Source: Malacoraja senta
Lineage: Eukaryota
Direction of reading: 5' to 3'
NCBI GenBank assembly: GCA_038087875.1
Contig: JAXLNO010000257.1
Coordinates: 1-64,000, forward strand
Length of the DNA stretch: 64,000 bases
The position numbers and the translations under genes are program-made. How positions within the stretch are numbered: position 1 is the first letter of the stretch; every line of letters starts with the position of its first letter. This document shows positions 26,691 through 39,787 of this stretch, in pieces. Under the pieces are notes generated by a model. It was given only the letters and a program-made list of their open reading frames with translations, did no database searches and had not been told where the DNA came from.

Positions 26691-27383
26691 AATTCTACTT
26701 ATGAAATCTCCTTTTTAATTCAAGATTTCAACTGCTGAGTTCTCCAACTCACAGTTTCAACATAATGTTTTTTGCTCTCTAATGGGCTTTATTTAGCTTC
26801 TTCTATTTTATACTTTTCTGGACAGACATAGACTCGGTGGGTTGAAGGGCATGTTTCCATTCTGTACCTCTGAAACTAAAATAGAAGGACATGTTCTCTG
26901 ATAAAAGAAGCATTGTCTTTCAACCTTGCAACCTAATTTTGCTCCCATCAAAGCAATTGTTGTCATTATTTTAAACAGAAGAGACAGCCAATCTACGTCC
27001 TCCCAATGTTTTACCTTGAATGATGCTGACATGGGGCCAAAAAATAAAAGTGTGAATGAGGTAGTAGGCTTTTAGTTGGCTGCACAGTGGCGTAGCTGGT
27101 AGAGCTGCTGCCTCACAGCGCCGGAGACCCAGATCCTGACCTTGAGTGATGTCTGTGTGTGGAGTTTGCATGTTTTCCTGTAACTGTGTTTTCACCACAA
27201 AGTAGTGTGGGTTGGTAGATTAATTGGACCTCTGTAAATGGTCCCTAGTTTTAGTTTAGTTTAGAAATACAGCGTGGAAGCAGGCGCCCTTCGGCCCACT
27301 GAGTCCAGGCGACCAGCGATTCCTGCATATTAACACTATCTTACACACTAGGGTTAATTTTCAGTTTTACCAAGCCAATTAAG

Positions 27384-28142
27384 ATGGTGCCTGCCTGCGG
27401 CGACTTTTGCGGAGCACCAGAACAGAAAAGGTTCACCTACAACTTCTATCAACTTACCTGCATCAGGGAAACGGCAGTAATCGGTGCCGTTTCAGACAAT
27501 CTGCTTGGGCAGCTGAATGTGCTGGCAATTTCGCGATCTCCCACAGCTGCGGGAGCCCCGGACTTTAAATTTTCCCACGCTGGCTGTGGAACTCCCGACC
27601 CGACTGAGGATCCCAGGTACTGTACCTGGGAACCCGGGATCACCTCCAGAGCCCACGGGCCGGATCTCCCAGGAACAATGAAGCTGGAGCTTCCAACTGA
27701 ATGTACCCCCTTCGTTATGGAGCTGGAGCTGCCGTCTGTGAAGGAATCCCCGTTCCAGCGCAGGTCCGCAGAATCAGCAGGTACAGTGGACTCAGCACCT
27801 GGAAACAAAGGGGAAGCCTCCATTGTGTCCGGAAACGTGGCCGACGGGCAGGACTTCAGGTCAGACTGAAGCGCAGGGGACTTCGGCCCCGTGTCCCTAC
27901 TATCCTAGTAGCCAACGTACAGTCCCTTGAAAATAAAGTGGAGGACAAGGGCAAGGCTGCTTTATCAAAGGGTGCTGAGGGAATGCTCTGTATTCTGTTT
28001 CACAGAGACATGGCTCACCCCCAGCTCCCCAGACTCAGCGGTCCAGCCTGAAGGTTTCTCCATCCACCGTATGGCAGTACACTGGCATCTGGAAAGGGAG
28101 AGGAGGGGGCGTCTGCCTCATGGTCAACTCAGCGTGGTGCTC
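27384..28142 (+). mobile_element. Rex1/Babar-type LINE 5' fragment (start of endonuclease), truncated by a DNA transposon
   Basis: RLKRRGLRPRVPTILVANVQSLENK, CSVFCFTETWL; starts aagatggtgcc. Confidence 0.7.
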
Positions 28143-30325
28143 CAGGGCTCTCGCTTACTTTTTTTCCCTGTTGCCAGCCGGGCAACCTTGGCAGCTTTTT
28201 AGGTTGCCAAATGACAGTTTAGGTGGTCATTTAAGATGGCTTGCATGACGCATGCAATAATGTGCTCGGACGAAGTGCGTAGTTACCAGTCGGAATTATA
28301 CTCAATGAAGCATTCACATATTATTTCTGCTTCAAATAAAGTCACAAACTAAACATATTCACCAATCAAGACATGATATATCCCACAATGACATGCAGCA
28401 AAATTATAAGACAGTATGTCAACTCTTTTTACACGTTGCAATTAATGCAATTTCTATTAGTTCTTTCCACTTCCAAACAACAATGTGGTTGGATTATTCA
28501 GCGTATGATCAACCTGTGTCAATAAATCCTGGACCATGGTAACATATATGCTTACGTATAGTTATGAATGTTGCTCATTAAATAACTACAGTACGGATAC
28601 TCCATATTAAGAGCATTGATTTGCAATGAAAATTAATTCTGTAATAACGTGTCAACGGTAACAGTGACAATCGAACACTGCGGTTTTAATGTTTCACGTG
28701 TTCACAATTTAATTAATCCATCTTTATGTATGAAAACAAATAATAACATTGGGAATTAAAATACATTTGATTGCATTCCGTTATCAAACATAGTCAAAGT
28801 TAGCTCTGAAGACATTTCCAGCACAATAGGGTCAGGGAGGGGGGTGTGTGTGAATCAGTGCGGGGTGGATAGATGGGGGTGGGGGGTTAGAAGGCAGTCG
28901 GTGCAGAATGGATGGATTGAGGCAGGTGAATCAGTACGTGTTGGTTGGAGTAGGTAAAATTGTGAAGGGAGAGCACCGGGGATGTCAGTGGTGTTGAATA
29001 AGGGGGGTTCAGTACGGGATGGATGGGGTAGACAAACGTGCTGCAGAAACTCAGCGGGTGAGGCAGCATTTATGGAGCGAAGGAAATAGGCAACGTCTCG
29101 GGTCGAGACCCTTCTTCAGACTGTTCCCCCCATTCTTCTTGAATGGGAGGATCAGTACAGGATGAATGGGGGGGGTCAGTACAGTGTGGATCGGAGGGTC
29201 TGTGCAGGATGAATGGGGGATCACTACAGGATGAATGAGGGGAAGGGGGAAGGTGCAGGGTAAATGGAGGGTGGGTCAGTACGGGATGAATGCGTGGATC
29301 AGTACAGGATGGATGGGGGATCAGTACAGGATGGATGGATGGAGGAGAATTGCAGGATGGATAGCAAAGGGGTAGTACAGGGTGAATTGGGGAACAGTGT
29401 AGGATGGATGGGGGGTGGGGGTGGCAGGAGAATCAATGCGAGGTGGATAGGGTGATCAGCGCAGGATGAATAGATGGGGGGGGGGTAGATGGGGAGGGGA
29501 GCACAGGGGATGTCAGTGAGGACTGAATAAAGGCGGGAATGGGGATCAGTGCGGGATGGAGTGGAGGGGTCCCAGGATTAAGGGGGGGTGGAGGGGGCGT
29601 ACGAGAGAGAGAGAGGGAGAGGGGAGAGCTAGGTGGGAGGAAGGAAGGCCAGCGCTCCTCGGACAACATCGCCCCGCTGCCTTGCCGTTGGGAACTCCTC
29701 GCCACCGCCTCCCTCCTCCGCCAGCCAACAGCAAGGTGTGGGGCCGGGCGGTGCAGCTCAGAGATCTTTGGTGCAGTTGCTTCAGACGCGACGTTTCGTG
29801 TCGGCGGCTGTTTTGCGGGGCAAAGATACTTGGTGCGGGGTGAGGAAGGGTCGGAGCGAATGACGGGCCCCGAACAGTGGCAGCAGCGGCCGGACAGGCG
29901 GCTCCATCTCCTCCTCCTCCCGCACCCCTCCCGCCCTGATAAGGGCCTCTGCTTGTAAACCCGCTAACGGCACTTTCAAACAAACTCTCCCGCACTCCGA
30001 GGCGTCCCCCTCCTCCCTCCCTCCCTCCCCCCTCCGGCCTCGGAGTGCGGGAGAGTTTGTTTGAAAGCGCCGTTAGCGGGTTTTCAAGCAGAGGCCCTTA
30101 TCAGGGCGGGAGCGGGGCAGGAGGGAGAGGAAATGGAGCCGCTGTCCCGTTCCTTTTCTCCAGAGATGCTGCCTGACCTGCGGAGTTACTCCAGTTTTTT
30201 GTGTCTATCTTCAGTACAAACCAGTATCTGGTTGCCAAGCCGGGCAAAATGACTCGGTGTTTAGGTTGCCCGGCGGCGCTTTGAGTGGTCAGTGGCACCC
30301 GGGCAACCGCTAATTTTGAGCCCTG
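28143..30325. mobile_element. Non-autonomous hAT-like DNA transposon (CAGGGCTC...GAGCCCTG); second right end at ~31760-31816
   Basis: 8 bp terminal inverted match plus subterminal ggttgcc/ggcaacc repeats at both ends; no TSD found. Confidence 0.6.
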
Positions 30326-31109
30326 GGGATACTGATTGTGGATGATCAGCCATGATCACAGTGAATGGCAGTGCTGGCTCGAAGGGTCCAGAGGAGGTTC
30401 ACGAGAATGATCCTGGGGGTGAATGGGGTGACGTATGATGAGTGTTTGTCGGCACAGTGGTGCAGCGGTAGACAATAGACAACAGGTGCAGGAATAGGCC
30501 ATTCGGCCCTTCGAGCCATTCAATGTGATCATGGCTGATCATCCCCAATCAGTACCCCGTTCCTGCCTTCTCTCTGCTAACTTTAAGAGCTCTATCTAAC
30601 TCTCTCTTGAAAGCATACATAGACCCAGCTTCCACCGCTCTCTGAGGCAGAAAATTCCACACATTCACAACTCTCTGTGTCAAAAAGTATTTCCTCATCT
30701 CCGTTCAAAATGGCTTATCACTTATTCTTAAACTATGGCCTTGGTTCTGGACTCCCCCAACATTGGGAACATGTTTCCTGCCTCTAGCGTGTCCAAACCC
30801 TTAACAATCATATGTAGAGTTGCTGCCTTACAGTACGGAGTTTGTACGTTCTCTCCGTGACCTGCGTGGGTTTTCTCCGAGGTCTTTCGTTTTTCTCCCA
30901 CACTCCAAAGACGTGCAGGTTTGTAGATTAATTGGCTTGGTAAATGTAAAAATTGTCCCTTGTGTGTGTGTGTGTGTGTGTGTGTAGGATAGCGTTAGTG
31001 TGCGGGGATCGCTGGTCGGCGCGGACCCGGTGGGCCGAAGGGTCTGTTTCCGCGCTGTAACTCTAAACTAAACTCTCAGACCATACTCACCTCCTGCCTT
31101 TGCCCACAG

Positions 31110-31171
31110 TACTTCAACCTGGACCTGCCTCCGTTCGGACTGTACAGAATAAACTACACTCGGAACCGAAG
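31110..31171 (+). pseudogene. WDR46: WDR46 (UTP7/BING4) fragment, first exon seen: YFNLDLPPFGLYRINYTRNR
   Basis: Matches recalled HFDLNLRQFGPYRLNYSRTGR; cccacag acceptor, AG|GTGATG donor. Not in ORF track. Confidence 0.75.
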
Positions 31172-32008
31172 GTGATGGGGGTGGGGGGGTGGGGCAGGGA
31201 TGGAGGTTAGGGAGGGGGGTCCTTGGTGTTGGGGTAGAGAGGGATTAAGAAGGAGTGTCGGGGAGAGGGGAGAGTGGGGCCTGCGATTACCGCCCGTGGA
31301 ATTCCCCAAAGCCGGAGAATCTCCCGGCCGCTGTGGAGCGGTTTTAGGACCCACATCTGAGGAAGGATGTGCTGGCCCCGGAGAGGGTCCGGAGGAGGTT
31401 GACGAGAACGATCTCGGGAATGGGTGGGTCAACGTACGATGAGCGTTTTACGGCGCCGGGCCTGCACTCGCGTGGAGTTTCGAAATGTACTGAACGGCGA
31501 AAGGCCTGGACAGAGTGGATGTGGAGAGGATGTTTCCACTGGTGGGAGAGGCTAGGACCAGAGGGCATGGCATCAGAATAAAAGGATGTACCTTCAGGAA
31601 GATGAGGAATTTCTTTAGTCAGAGGGTGGTGAATCTGTGGAATTATTTGCCTGTGGAGGCCGTCATTGGATATTATTAAGGCAGAGATAGGCAGATTCTT
31701 GATTAGAACGAGTGCCTCTCTTCACCCCCCCCCCCCTCCCCCCAAACGACTGCTGTGATAAGGTTGGGACTGTAGATTGCCATTGGCACCCGGGCAACCG
31801 CTAATTTCAAGCCCTGCTGTATCTCCATGGGTTCAGTGAACCAGACTGTTTCTCCGTGGGTCCACTGTATCAGACCGTATCTCCGTGGGTCCAGTGTATC
31901 AGACTGTATCTCTGTGGGTTCACTGCCCGCCTGTGCCCTCTCCACCCGCTGCCCTGGGAGGTGCGTGCCTGACCCGCCTCACGTTGTGCGTTGTGTTGTG
32001 TGTGTCAG

Positions 32009-32159
32009 GTGGCTTCACACGGAGATCATGTTTGCGGTGGCACAGAAGAAGTGGCTGCACATCTACAACAACCAGGGCATCGAGCTGCACTGCATGAAGA
32101 AGTTCAACGATGTCCTCCGCATGGAGTTCCTCCCCTACCATTTCCTGCTGGCAACCTCA
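32009..32159 (+). pseudogene. WDR46: WDR46 fragment exon: [50 protein letters not shown]
   Basis: [17 protein letters not shown] and [10 protein letters not shown] motifs; tcag acceptor; no GT at the expected donor. Confidence 0.88.
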
Positions 32160-32960
32160 CACCCACCCACCCACTCACTCACCCACGGTAACGTTCCCTC
32201 CTGGTCAGTGAGTGATTTAACGTTCTCTCTGTCTCTCTCTCATTCTCTCTTCCCCACCCCCACCCCATCCATGTGTGTGTGTGTGTTCTGTGCCACGTGT
32301 CCATGTTGTCCACCCGCGTGTGGGCTGTGTGCTCGGTGTATACACGTCTGCCTGCGTGTTCTCCACATCCGTGTTCCCTGCGTGTGACGCATGTTTCCCT
32401 CCACACCTAAACTCCGCGTTTGGGATCTCTGCCCGTGTTTGTGCGTGTTTGTGCATGTGTGTGCGTTGTGCGTGTTTGTGTGTGTGTTTGTGCATGTGTG
32501 TGCGTTGTGCGTGTGTGTGTGCATGTTTGTGCGTTATGCATGTTTGTGTGTTTGTGTGCATGTTTGTGTGCGTGTTTGTGCGTTATGCATGTTTGCGTGT
32601 TTGTGTGCGTGTTTGTGCGTTGTGCATGTTTGTGTGCGTGTTTGTGCATGTTTTTTGCGTTGTGTGTGTGTGTCTCCCCCCTGCTTGTTCTCCCCACCTC
32701 CCATGTGCTTCTTGTCCCCCTGTCTGTGACCTGTGTCCGTGACCCCGCTCCCTGTGCACCCTCCACCCCCACTATTCCTCTGTCCGTGCCACCCCCGTGT
32801 GCACGCCCCTGCGTGTGCCGTGTGCCCGCTGCGTGTGATCCCGTACTTGCCGTGTGTCCGTGATCCCTCTGTGCCCTGTTCCCCACGTGTGTCTCACCCG
32901 TATGCTCCATGCCCCCTGTGTGCCTCATCCTGTCTCCCCCCCCTCCCCCTACTGGTGCAG

Positions 32961-33096
32961 AGTGCGCCAGGGTTCCTGCAGTACTTGGACATCTCGGTGG
33001 GCAAGGAGGTGGCTGCCATCTGCACCAAGGCCAGTCGACTGGACGTCATGACCCACAACCCTCACAACGGCATCGTCCACTTGGGGCACCTGCCGG
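32961..33096 (+). pseudogene. WDR46: WDR46 fragment exon: [45 protein letters not shown]
   Basis: GFL.YLD.SVG, NP.N...HLGH; tgcag acceptor, G|GTAAG donor. Confidence 0.88.
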
Positions 33097-33387
33097 GTAA
33101 GGGGGAGGTGGGCACCGGTCACTCCGGCCAGTGTGGGCACCGGTCACTCTGGACAATGGGCACCGGTCACTCCGGACAGTGTGGGCACCGGTCAGTGGTC
33201 AGCGAGGTCACCGCACCCCCCCCCCACCCGTAACCTCCACAAGCGTCCGCTCAAATGCCATCCCCCCCACTCTCCTCTCTCCCCTCATTGACCCCAGACT
33301 CCCCCCCCACTCTCCTCTCTCCCCTCATTGACCCCAGACTCTCCCCCACTCTCCTCTCTCCCCCCCGAATGTCACCCCTCCACCCTC

Positions 33388-34812
33388 TTTGAATACAGGA
33401 GAGGTGCCGGAAGACAGGAGGGTGGCAAATGTTGTGCCTCTTTTCAAGAAGGGCTGCAGGGAAAATGCTGGAAACTACAGGCCAGTGAGCTTAACATCTG
33501 TAGTTGGAAAGTTACTGGAGAGTATTCCGAGGGATAGGATGTACGGGCATTTGGATGGGCAAGGGCTGATTAGGGACAGTCAGCATGGTTCTGTACGTGG
33601 GAGGTCGTGTCTCACAAATCTGATTGTTTATTGAAGATGTGACCATGTAGATGTTGTGTACATGGACTTCAGTGAGGCGTTCGACAAGGTTCCGCATGGT
33701 AGGCTGCTCTGGAAGGTTAGATCGCATGGGATCTAAGGAAAGATAGCTGAAAGGATAGCAAATTGGCTCAATGGAACGAAGCAGAGGGTGATGGTGGAAG
33801 GTTGCTTCTTGGACTGGAGGCCTGTGACTAGTGGTGTGCCTCAGGGTTTGGTGCTGGGCCCGTTACGGTTTGTCATCTACATCAATAATTTGAATGAAAA
33901 CATATAGGGCAAGATTAGCAAGTTTGCTGATGATACAAAAGTTAGTGGTTTTGCAGATATTGAAGATGGTTGTGAACAATTGCAGCAGGATCTGGATCGA
34001 TTGGCCAAGTGTGCTGGGGAATGGTTGATGGAATTTAATACAGAGGTGTTGCATTTTGGGATGTCGAACAAGGGCAGGACCTACACAGTAAATGGTAGGC
34101 CTCTGGGTAGTGTTGTAGAACAGAGGGATCTAGGAGTACAGGTGCATGGTTCCTTGTAGGTCGAGTCACAGGTAGATAAGGTGGTCAAAAAGACTTTGGC
34201 ACGTTGGCCTTCATCAGTCAGAATATTGAGTATAGAAGTCGGGAGGTCATGTTGCAGTTGTGTAAGACGTTGGCAGACAGCATTTAGAATATTGTGTTCA
34301 GTTCTGGGAACCACGTTATAGGAAAGATATTGTCAAGCTTGAAAGGGTTAAGCGAAGACTTACGAGGATGTTGCCAGGACTAGAGCTATAGGAGAGGTTG
34401 AGTAGGCTGGGTCTCTATTCCATGGACCTCGGGAGGATGAGGTGTGATCTTATGGAGGTGTATAAAATCATGAGAGGAATAGATCGGGTAGATGCACGGA
34501 GTCCCTTGCCCAGAGTCGGGGAATCGAGGACCAGAGAACATATGTTCAAGGTGAAGAAGAAAGATTTAATAGGAATCTGAGGGGTAACTTTTTCACACAG
34601 AGGGTGGTTGGCGTACGGAACAAGCTGCCAGAGGAGGTTGTTGAGGCTGGGACTATCCCAACGTTTAAGAAACATTTAAACAGGTACATGGACAGGACAG
34701 GTTTGGAGGGATATGGACCAAGCTCACGCAGGTGTGATTGGTTCAGCTGGGACATTGTTGGCCGGTGTGGGCGAGTTGGGCCGAAGGGCCTGTTTCCACA
34801 CTATCACTCTAT
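33388..34812 (+). mobile_element. Older CR1 LINE fragment in the WDR46 intron
   Basis: TGEVPEDRRVANVVPLFKKG, NYRPVSLTS, FADD; many stops and frameshifts. Confidence 0.88.
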
Positions 34813-35455
34813 GACGCCCACTCCTCTCCCCCTCCACTCGGTGAACCCTCAACTCCCCTTCTCTCTTCCCGCTCCCATGTGACCCCAGACTGCCCCTCCT
34901 CTCCGCTTCCCCCTCTCCCCTTCCCCCCCCTCCCCCTCCCCCCGCCGTCTGCTGCCACCGCCCCCCCCCTCACGATGTTGCCACCTCACGGCGTTTAGTT
35001 TAAGGTGGACAAAAATGCTGGGAAACTCAGCAGGTGAGGCGGCATCTATGGAGCGAAGGAATAGGTAACGTTTCGGGTTAAGACCCTTCAGCGTTTAGTT
35101 TAGTTCAGTTTAGAGATACAGCGTGGAAACAGGCCCTTCGGCCCACCGAGTCCGTGCCGACCCGCGATCCCCACACACTAACGCTACCCTACACACACTA
35201 GGAACAATTTATCACATTTACACACCAATCAACTAACCTACTCACCCGCACGACTTTGGAGTGCGGGAGGAAACCGGAGCTACCGGTGAAAACCCACGCA
35301 GGTCACGGGGAGAATGTGCAAACTCCGTACAGACAACACCCGTGGTCGGGATCGAACCCCGGTCTCCGGCGCTGTGAGGCAGCAACTCGACCGCTGCGCC
35401 ACCGTGTTCACTCCACTCCCCACCCCACGGTTAACCCCCCCCCCCCCCCGCCCAG

Positions 35456-35555
35456 GTACAGTGACGCTGTGGAGTCCCAACATGAAAGAGACGCTGGTGA
35501 AGATGATTTGTCACAAAGGGGGGGTCCGGGCCGTCGCCGTGGACAAGAGTGGCTT
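35456..35555 (+). pseudogene. WDR46: WDR46 fragment exon: (G)[32 protein letters not shown]
   Basis: [18 protein letters not shown]; cccag acceptor, GTGAGT donor; phase matches the previous exon. Confidence 0.88.
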
Positions 35556-36418
35556 GTGAGTGAGGGGGGGAGGGGGGAGAGGCGGGCGTAATATAATCTT
35601 GGCTGATCATCTAAAATCAGTTCCCCGTTCCTGCTTTCTCCACATATCCCTTTATTCCTTTCACCCCAAGAGCTACAATAGACAATAGGTGCAGGAGTAG
35701 GCCATTCGGCCCTTCGAGCCAGCACCGCCATTCAATGTGATCATGGCTGATCAGCCCCAATCAATGCCCTCCATAATGTTTGGAACAAAGGTCCATCATT
35801 TATTTATTTGCCTCTGTACTCCACAATTTGCGATTTGTAATAGGAAAAAATCATGTGGTTAAAGAGCACATTGTCAGATTTTAATAAACGCCATTTTTAT
35901 ACATTTTGGTTTCATCATGTAGAAATTACAGCAGTGTTTAAACATAGTCCCCCAATTTCAGGGCACCATAATGTTTGGGACACAGCAATGTCATGTAAAT
36001 GAAAGTAGCCATGTTTAGTATTTTGTTGCATATCCTTTGCATGCAATGACTGCTTGAAGTCTGCGATTCATGGACATCGCCAGTTGCTGGGTGTCTTCTC
36101 AAGTGATGCTCTGCCAGGCCTGTATTGCAGCCATCTTTAGCTTTTGTTTGTTTTGGGTCTATTCCCCTTCAGTTTTCTCTTCAGCATATAAAAGGCATGC
36201 TCAATTGGGTTCAGATTGGGTGATTGACTTGGCCACTCAAGAATTGACCATTTTTTAGCTTTGAAAAACTCCTTTGTTGCTTTAGCAGTATGTTTGGGAT
36301 CATTGTCTTGCTGTAGAATGAACCGCCGGCCAATGAGTTTTGAGGCATTTGTTTAAACTGGAGCAGATAGGATGTGTCTATACACTTCAGAATTCATCAT
36401 GTTACTACCATCAGCAGT

Positions 36419-38300
36419 TAGAAACATAGAAACATAGAAATTAGGTGCAGGAGTAGGCCATTCGGCCCTTCGAGCCTGCACCGCCATTCAATATGATCAT
36501 GGCTGATCATCCAACTCAGTATCCCGTACCTGCCTTCTCTCCATACCCTCTGATCCCTTTAGCCACAAGGGCCACATCTAACTCCCTCTTAAATATAGCC
36601 AATGAACTGGCCTCGACTACCCTCTGTGGCAGAGAGTTCCAGAGATTCACCACTCTCTGTGTGAAAAAAGTTCTTCTCATCTCGGTTTTAAAGGATTTCC
36701 CCCTTATCCTTAAGATGTGACCCCTTGTCCTGGACTTCCCCAACATTGTCAGGTTGGAGGCCGGTGACTAGTGGGGTGCCTCAGGGGTCTGTGTTGGGTC
36801 CACTGTTGTTTGTCATGTACATCAATGATCTGGATGATGGTGTGGAAAATTGGATTAGTAAGTATGCAGATGATACTAAGATAGGTGGTGTGGTGGATAA
36901 TGAAGTAGATTTTCAAAGTCTACAGAGAGATTTAGGCCATTTGGAAGAGGTGGCTGAAAGATGGCAGATGGAGTTTAATGCTGATAAATGTGAGGTACTA
37001 CATTTCGGCAGGACAAATCAAAATAGGACGTACATGGTAAATGGTAGAGAATTGAGGAATGCAGTTGAACAGAGGGATCTAGGAATAACTGTGCATAGTT
37101 CCCTGAAGGTGGAATCTCATGTAGATAGGGTGGTAAAGAAAGCTTTTGGGGTGCTGGCCTTTATAAATCAGAGCATTGAATATAGAAGTTGGGATGTAAT
37201 GTTAAAATTGTACAAGGCATTGGTGAGGCCAATTCTGGAGTATGGAGTACAATTTTGGTCGCCTAATTATAGGAAGGATGTCAACAAAATAGAGAGAGTA
37301 CAGAGGAGATTTACTAGAATGTTGCCTGGGTTTCAGCAACTAAGTTACAGAGAAAGGTTGAACAAGTTAGGTCTTTATTCTTTGGAGCGCAGAAGGTTAA
37401 GAGAGGACTTGATAGAGGTCTTTAAAATTATGAGCGGGTTAGACAGAGTTGACGTGGATAAGCTTTTTCCATTGAGAGTAGGGAAGATTCAAACAAGGGG
37501 ACATGACTTGAGAATTAAGGGACAGAAGTTTAGGGGTAACATTAAGGGGAACTTCTTTACTCAGAGAGTGGTGGCTGTGTGGAATGAGCTTCCAGTGGAA
37601 GTGGTGGAGGCTGGTTCGATTTTATCCTTTAAAAATAGATTGGATGGGTATATGGACGGGAAAGGAATGGAGGGTTATGGTCTGAGTGCAGGTAGATGGG
37701 ACTAGGGGGAAGTATTTTTTTTAAATTTGTTTTAATGTTCGGCACGGACTTGAAGGGCCGAGATGGCCTGTTTCCGTGCTGTAATGGTTATATGGTTATA
37801 TGGTTATCGGGAGCAATCTTCCTGCATCTAGCCTGTCCAACCCCTTAAGAATTTTGTAAGTTTCTATAAGATCCCCTCTCAATCTCCTAAATTCTAGAGA
37901 GTATAAACCAAGTCTATCCAGTCTTTCTTCATAAGACAGTCCTGACATCCCAGGAATCAGTCTGGTGAACCTTCTCTGCACTCCCTCTATGGCAATAATG
38001 TTCTTCCTCAGATTTGGAGCCCAAAACTGTACGCAATACTCCAGGTGTGGTCTCACAAAGACCCTGTACAACTGCAGTAGAACCTCCCTGCTCCTATACT
38101 CAAATCCTTTTGCTATGAAAGCTAACATACCATTCGCTTTCTTCACTGCCTGCTGCACCTGCATGCCTACTTTCAATGACTGGTGTACCATGACACCCAG
38201 GTCTCGCTGCATCTCCCCTTTTCCTAGTCGGCCACCATTTAGATAATAGTCTGCTTTCCTGTTTTTGCCACCAAAATGGATAACCTCACATTTATCCACA
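36419..38300 (-). mobile_element. CR1 LINE 3' part inserted in the Tc1
   Basis: (tagaaaca)n tail at 36419-36440; [26 protein letters not shown]. Confidence 0.88.
36747..37806 (+). mobile_element. Young CR1 LINE 3' part nested in the previous CR1; near-identical to 16010-17088
   Basis: Open frame GVPQGSVLGP..YADD..GRWD*; (ggttatat)n tail; host reads ccaacat|...|cgggagcaatc. Confidence 0.92.
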
Positions 38301-39564
38301 GTTGTATCATCAGTTGTATCATCAAAGAAGATAAGTGAGCCAATACCTTCAGCAGCCATACATGCCCAGGCCATAACACCCCCACCACCGTGTTTCACAG
38401 ATGAGGTGGTATGCTTTGGATCTTGGGCAGTTCCTTCTCTCCTCCATTCTGTGCTCTTGCCATCACTCTGATATAAGTTAATCTTCGTCTCATCTGTCCA
38501 TAAGACCTTTTTTCCAGAACTGTGGTTGCTCTTTTAAGCACGTCTTGGCAAAGTGTAACCTGGCCATCCTATTTTTGCGGCTATCCAGTGGTTTGCATCT
38601 TGCAGTGTAGCCTCTGTATTTCCGTTCATGAAGGGGATTTTTCTTTATTATCGAGATAATTATTCTGTCATCAGCTGTGGAGGTCTTCCTTGGCCTGCCA
38701 GTCCCTTTGCGATTAGTAAGCTCACCAGTGCTCTCTTTCTTAATGATGTTCCAAACCGTTCATTTTGGTAAGCATAAGGTTTGGCTGATGTCCCTAGCAG
38801 TTTTATTCTTGTTTCTCAGTCTCATAATGGCTTCTTTCACTTTCATTGGCACAACTTTGATCCTCATGTTGATAAACAGCAATAAAAGTTTCCAAAGGTG
38901 ATGGAAAGAGTGGGTGCTGAGAGCTCTCTTATACCTGCATTAAGGAGGCAATTAAACACACTTGAGCAATTATAAACACCTGTGAAGCCATGTGTCCCAA
39001 ACATTATGGTGCCCTGAAATGGGGGGGACTATGTATAAACACTGCTGTAATTTCTACATCTTGAAACCAAAATGTATAAAAATGGCCTTTATTAAAATCT
39101 GACAATGTGCACTTTAACCACATGTGATTTTTTTTTCTATTACAAATCTCAAATTGTGGAGTACAGAGGGAAATAAATAAATGTTGGGTCTTTGTCCCAA
39201 ACATTATGGAGGGCACTGTGTATCTAACTTTCTTGAAAACATTCAGTGAATTGGCCTCCACTGCCTTCTGTGGCAGAGAATTCAACAGATTCACAACTCT
39301 CTGGGTGAAAAAGGGGAAGGGTGGGGAGGGGGGAGAGAGAGGGGAGGAGGGAGAGAGAGGGGAGGGGAGGTGGAGAGGAGGGAGAGGGGATGGGGAGGGA
39401 GGGGGGTGTAGGGATAGGGGAGTGGAGATGAGGGAGGGGGGTGGGGACTGGGACACAGTGGGTGGGGGGGGAGAGGAGCTGGGGTGGGTGGTATCGTTAA
39501 GTGGCCCCAACTCCTCCCCTCTTACTCCCACACCTCACTCTCTGATTTCCCCCCCTCCCTCTCC

Positions 39565-39702
39565 CCCACTGACCTCTCTCTCTCCGCCTCACTGACCTCT
39601 CTCTCTCTCTGTCTCTGTCTGTCTCTCTCTCTCTCTCTCCCCCTCACTGACCTCTCTCTCTCTCTCTCTCTCAGTCTCTGTCTCTCTCTCTCCCCCTCAC
39701 TG

Positions 39703-39748
<46 letters not shown>

Positions 39749-39755
39749 CTCTCTC

Positions 39756-39787
<32 letters not shown>

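Larger units (their letters stand above)
35762..39218 (-). mobile_element. Tc1/mariner transposon with ~225 bp IR/DR-type TIRs and defective transposase, interrupted by two nested CR1s
   Basis: TIR ca(a/g)tgccctccataatgtttgg...; inner DR at ~35968 and ~38995; ATG 38867, GRPRKTS, KHGGGGVMAWACM, WPSQSPNLNPIEH. Confidence 0.9.

Noticed and set aside
31827..33233. ORFs 31827-32387 and 32733-33233 as whole proteins
   Set aside because: Only the embedded WDR46 exons are protein-like; the rest is intron read-through
37796..38398. 200 aa ORF fusing Tc1 transposase and CR1 RT sequence
   Set aside because: Chance in-frame junction at a nested insertion; both partners are fragments
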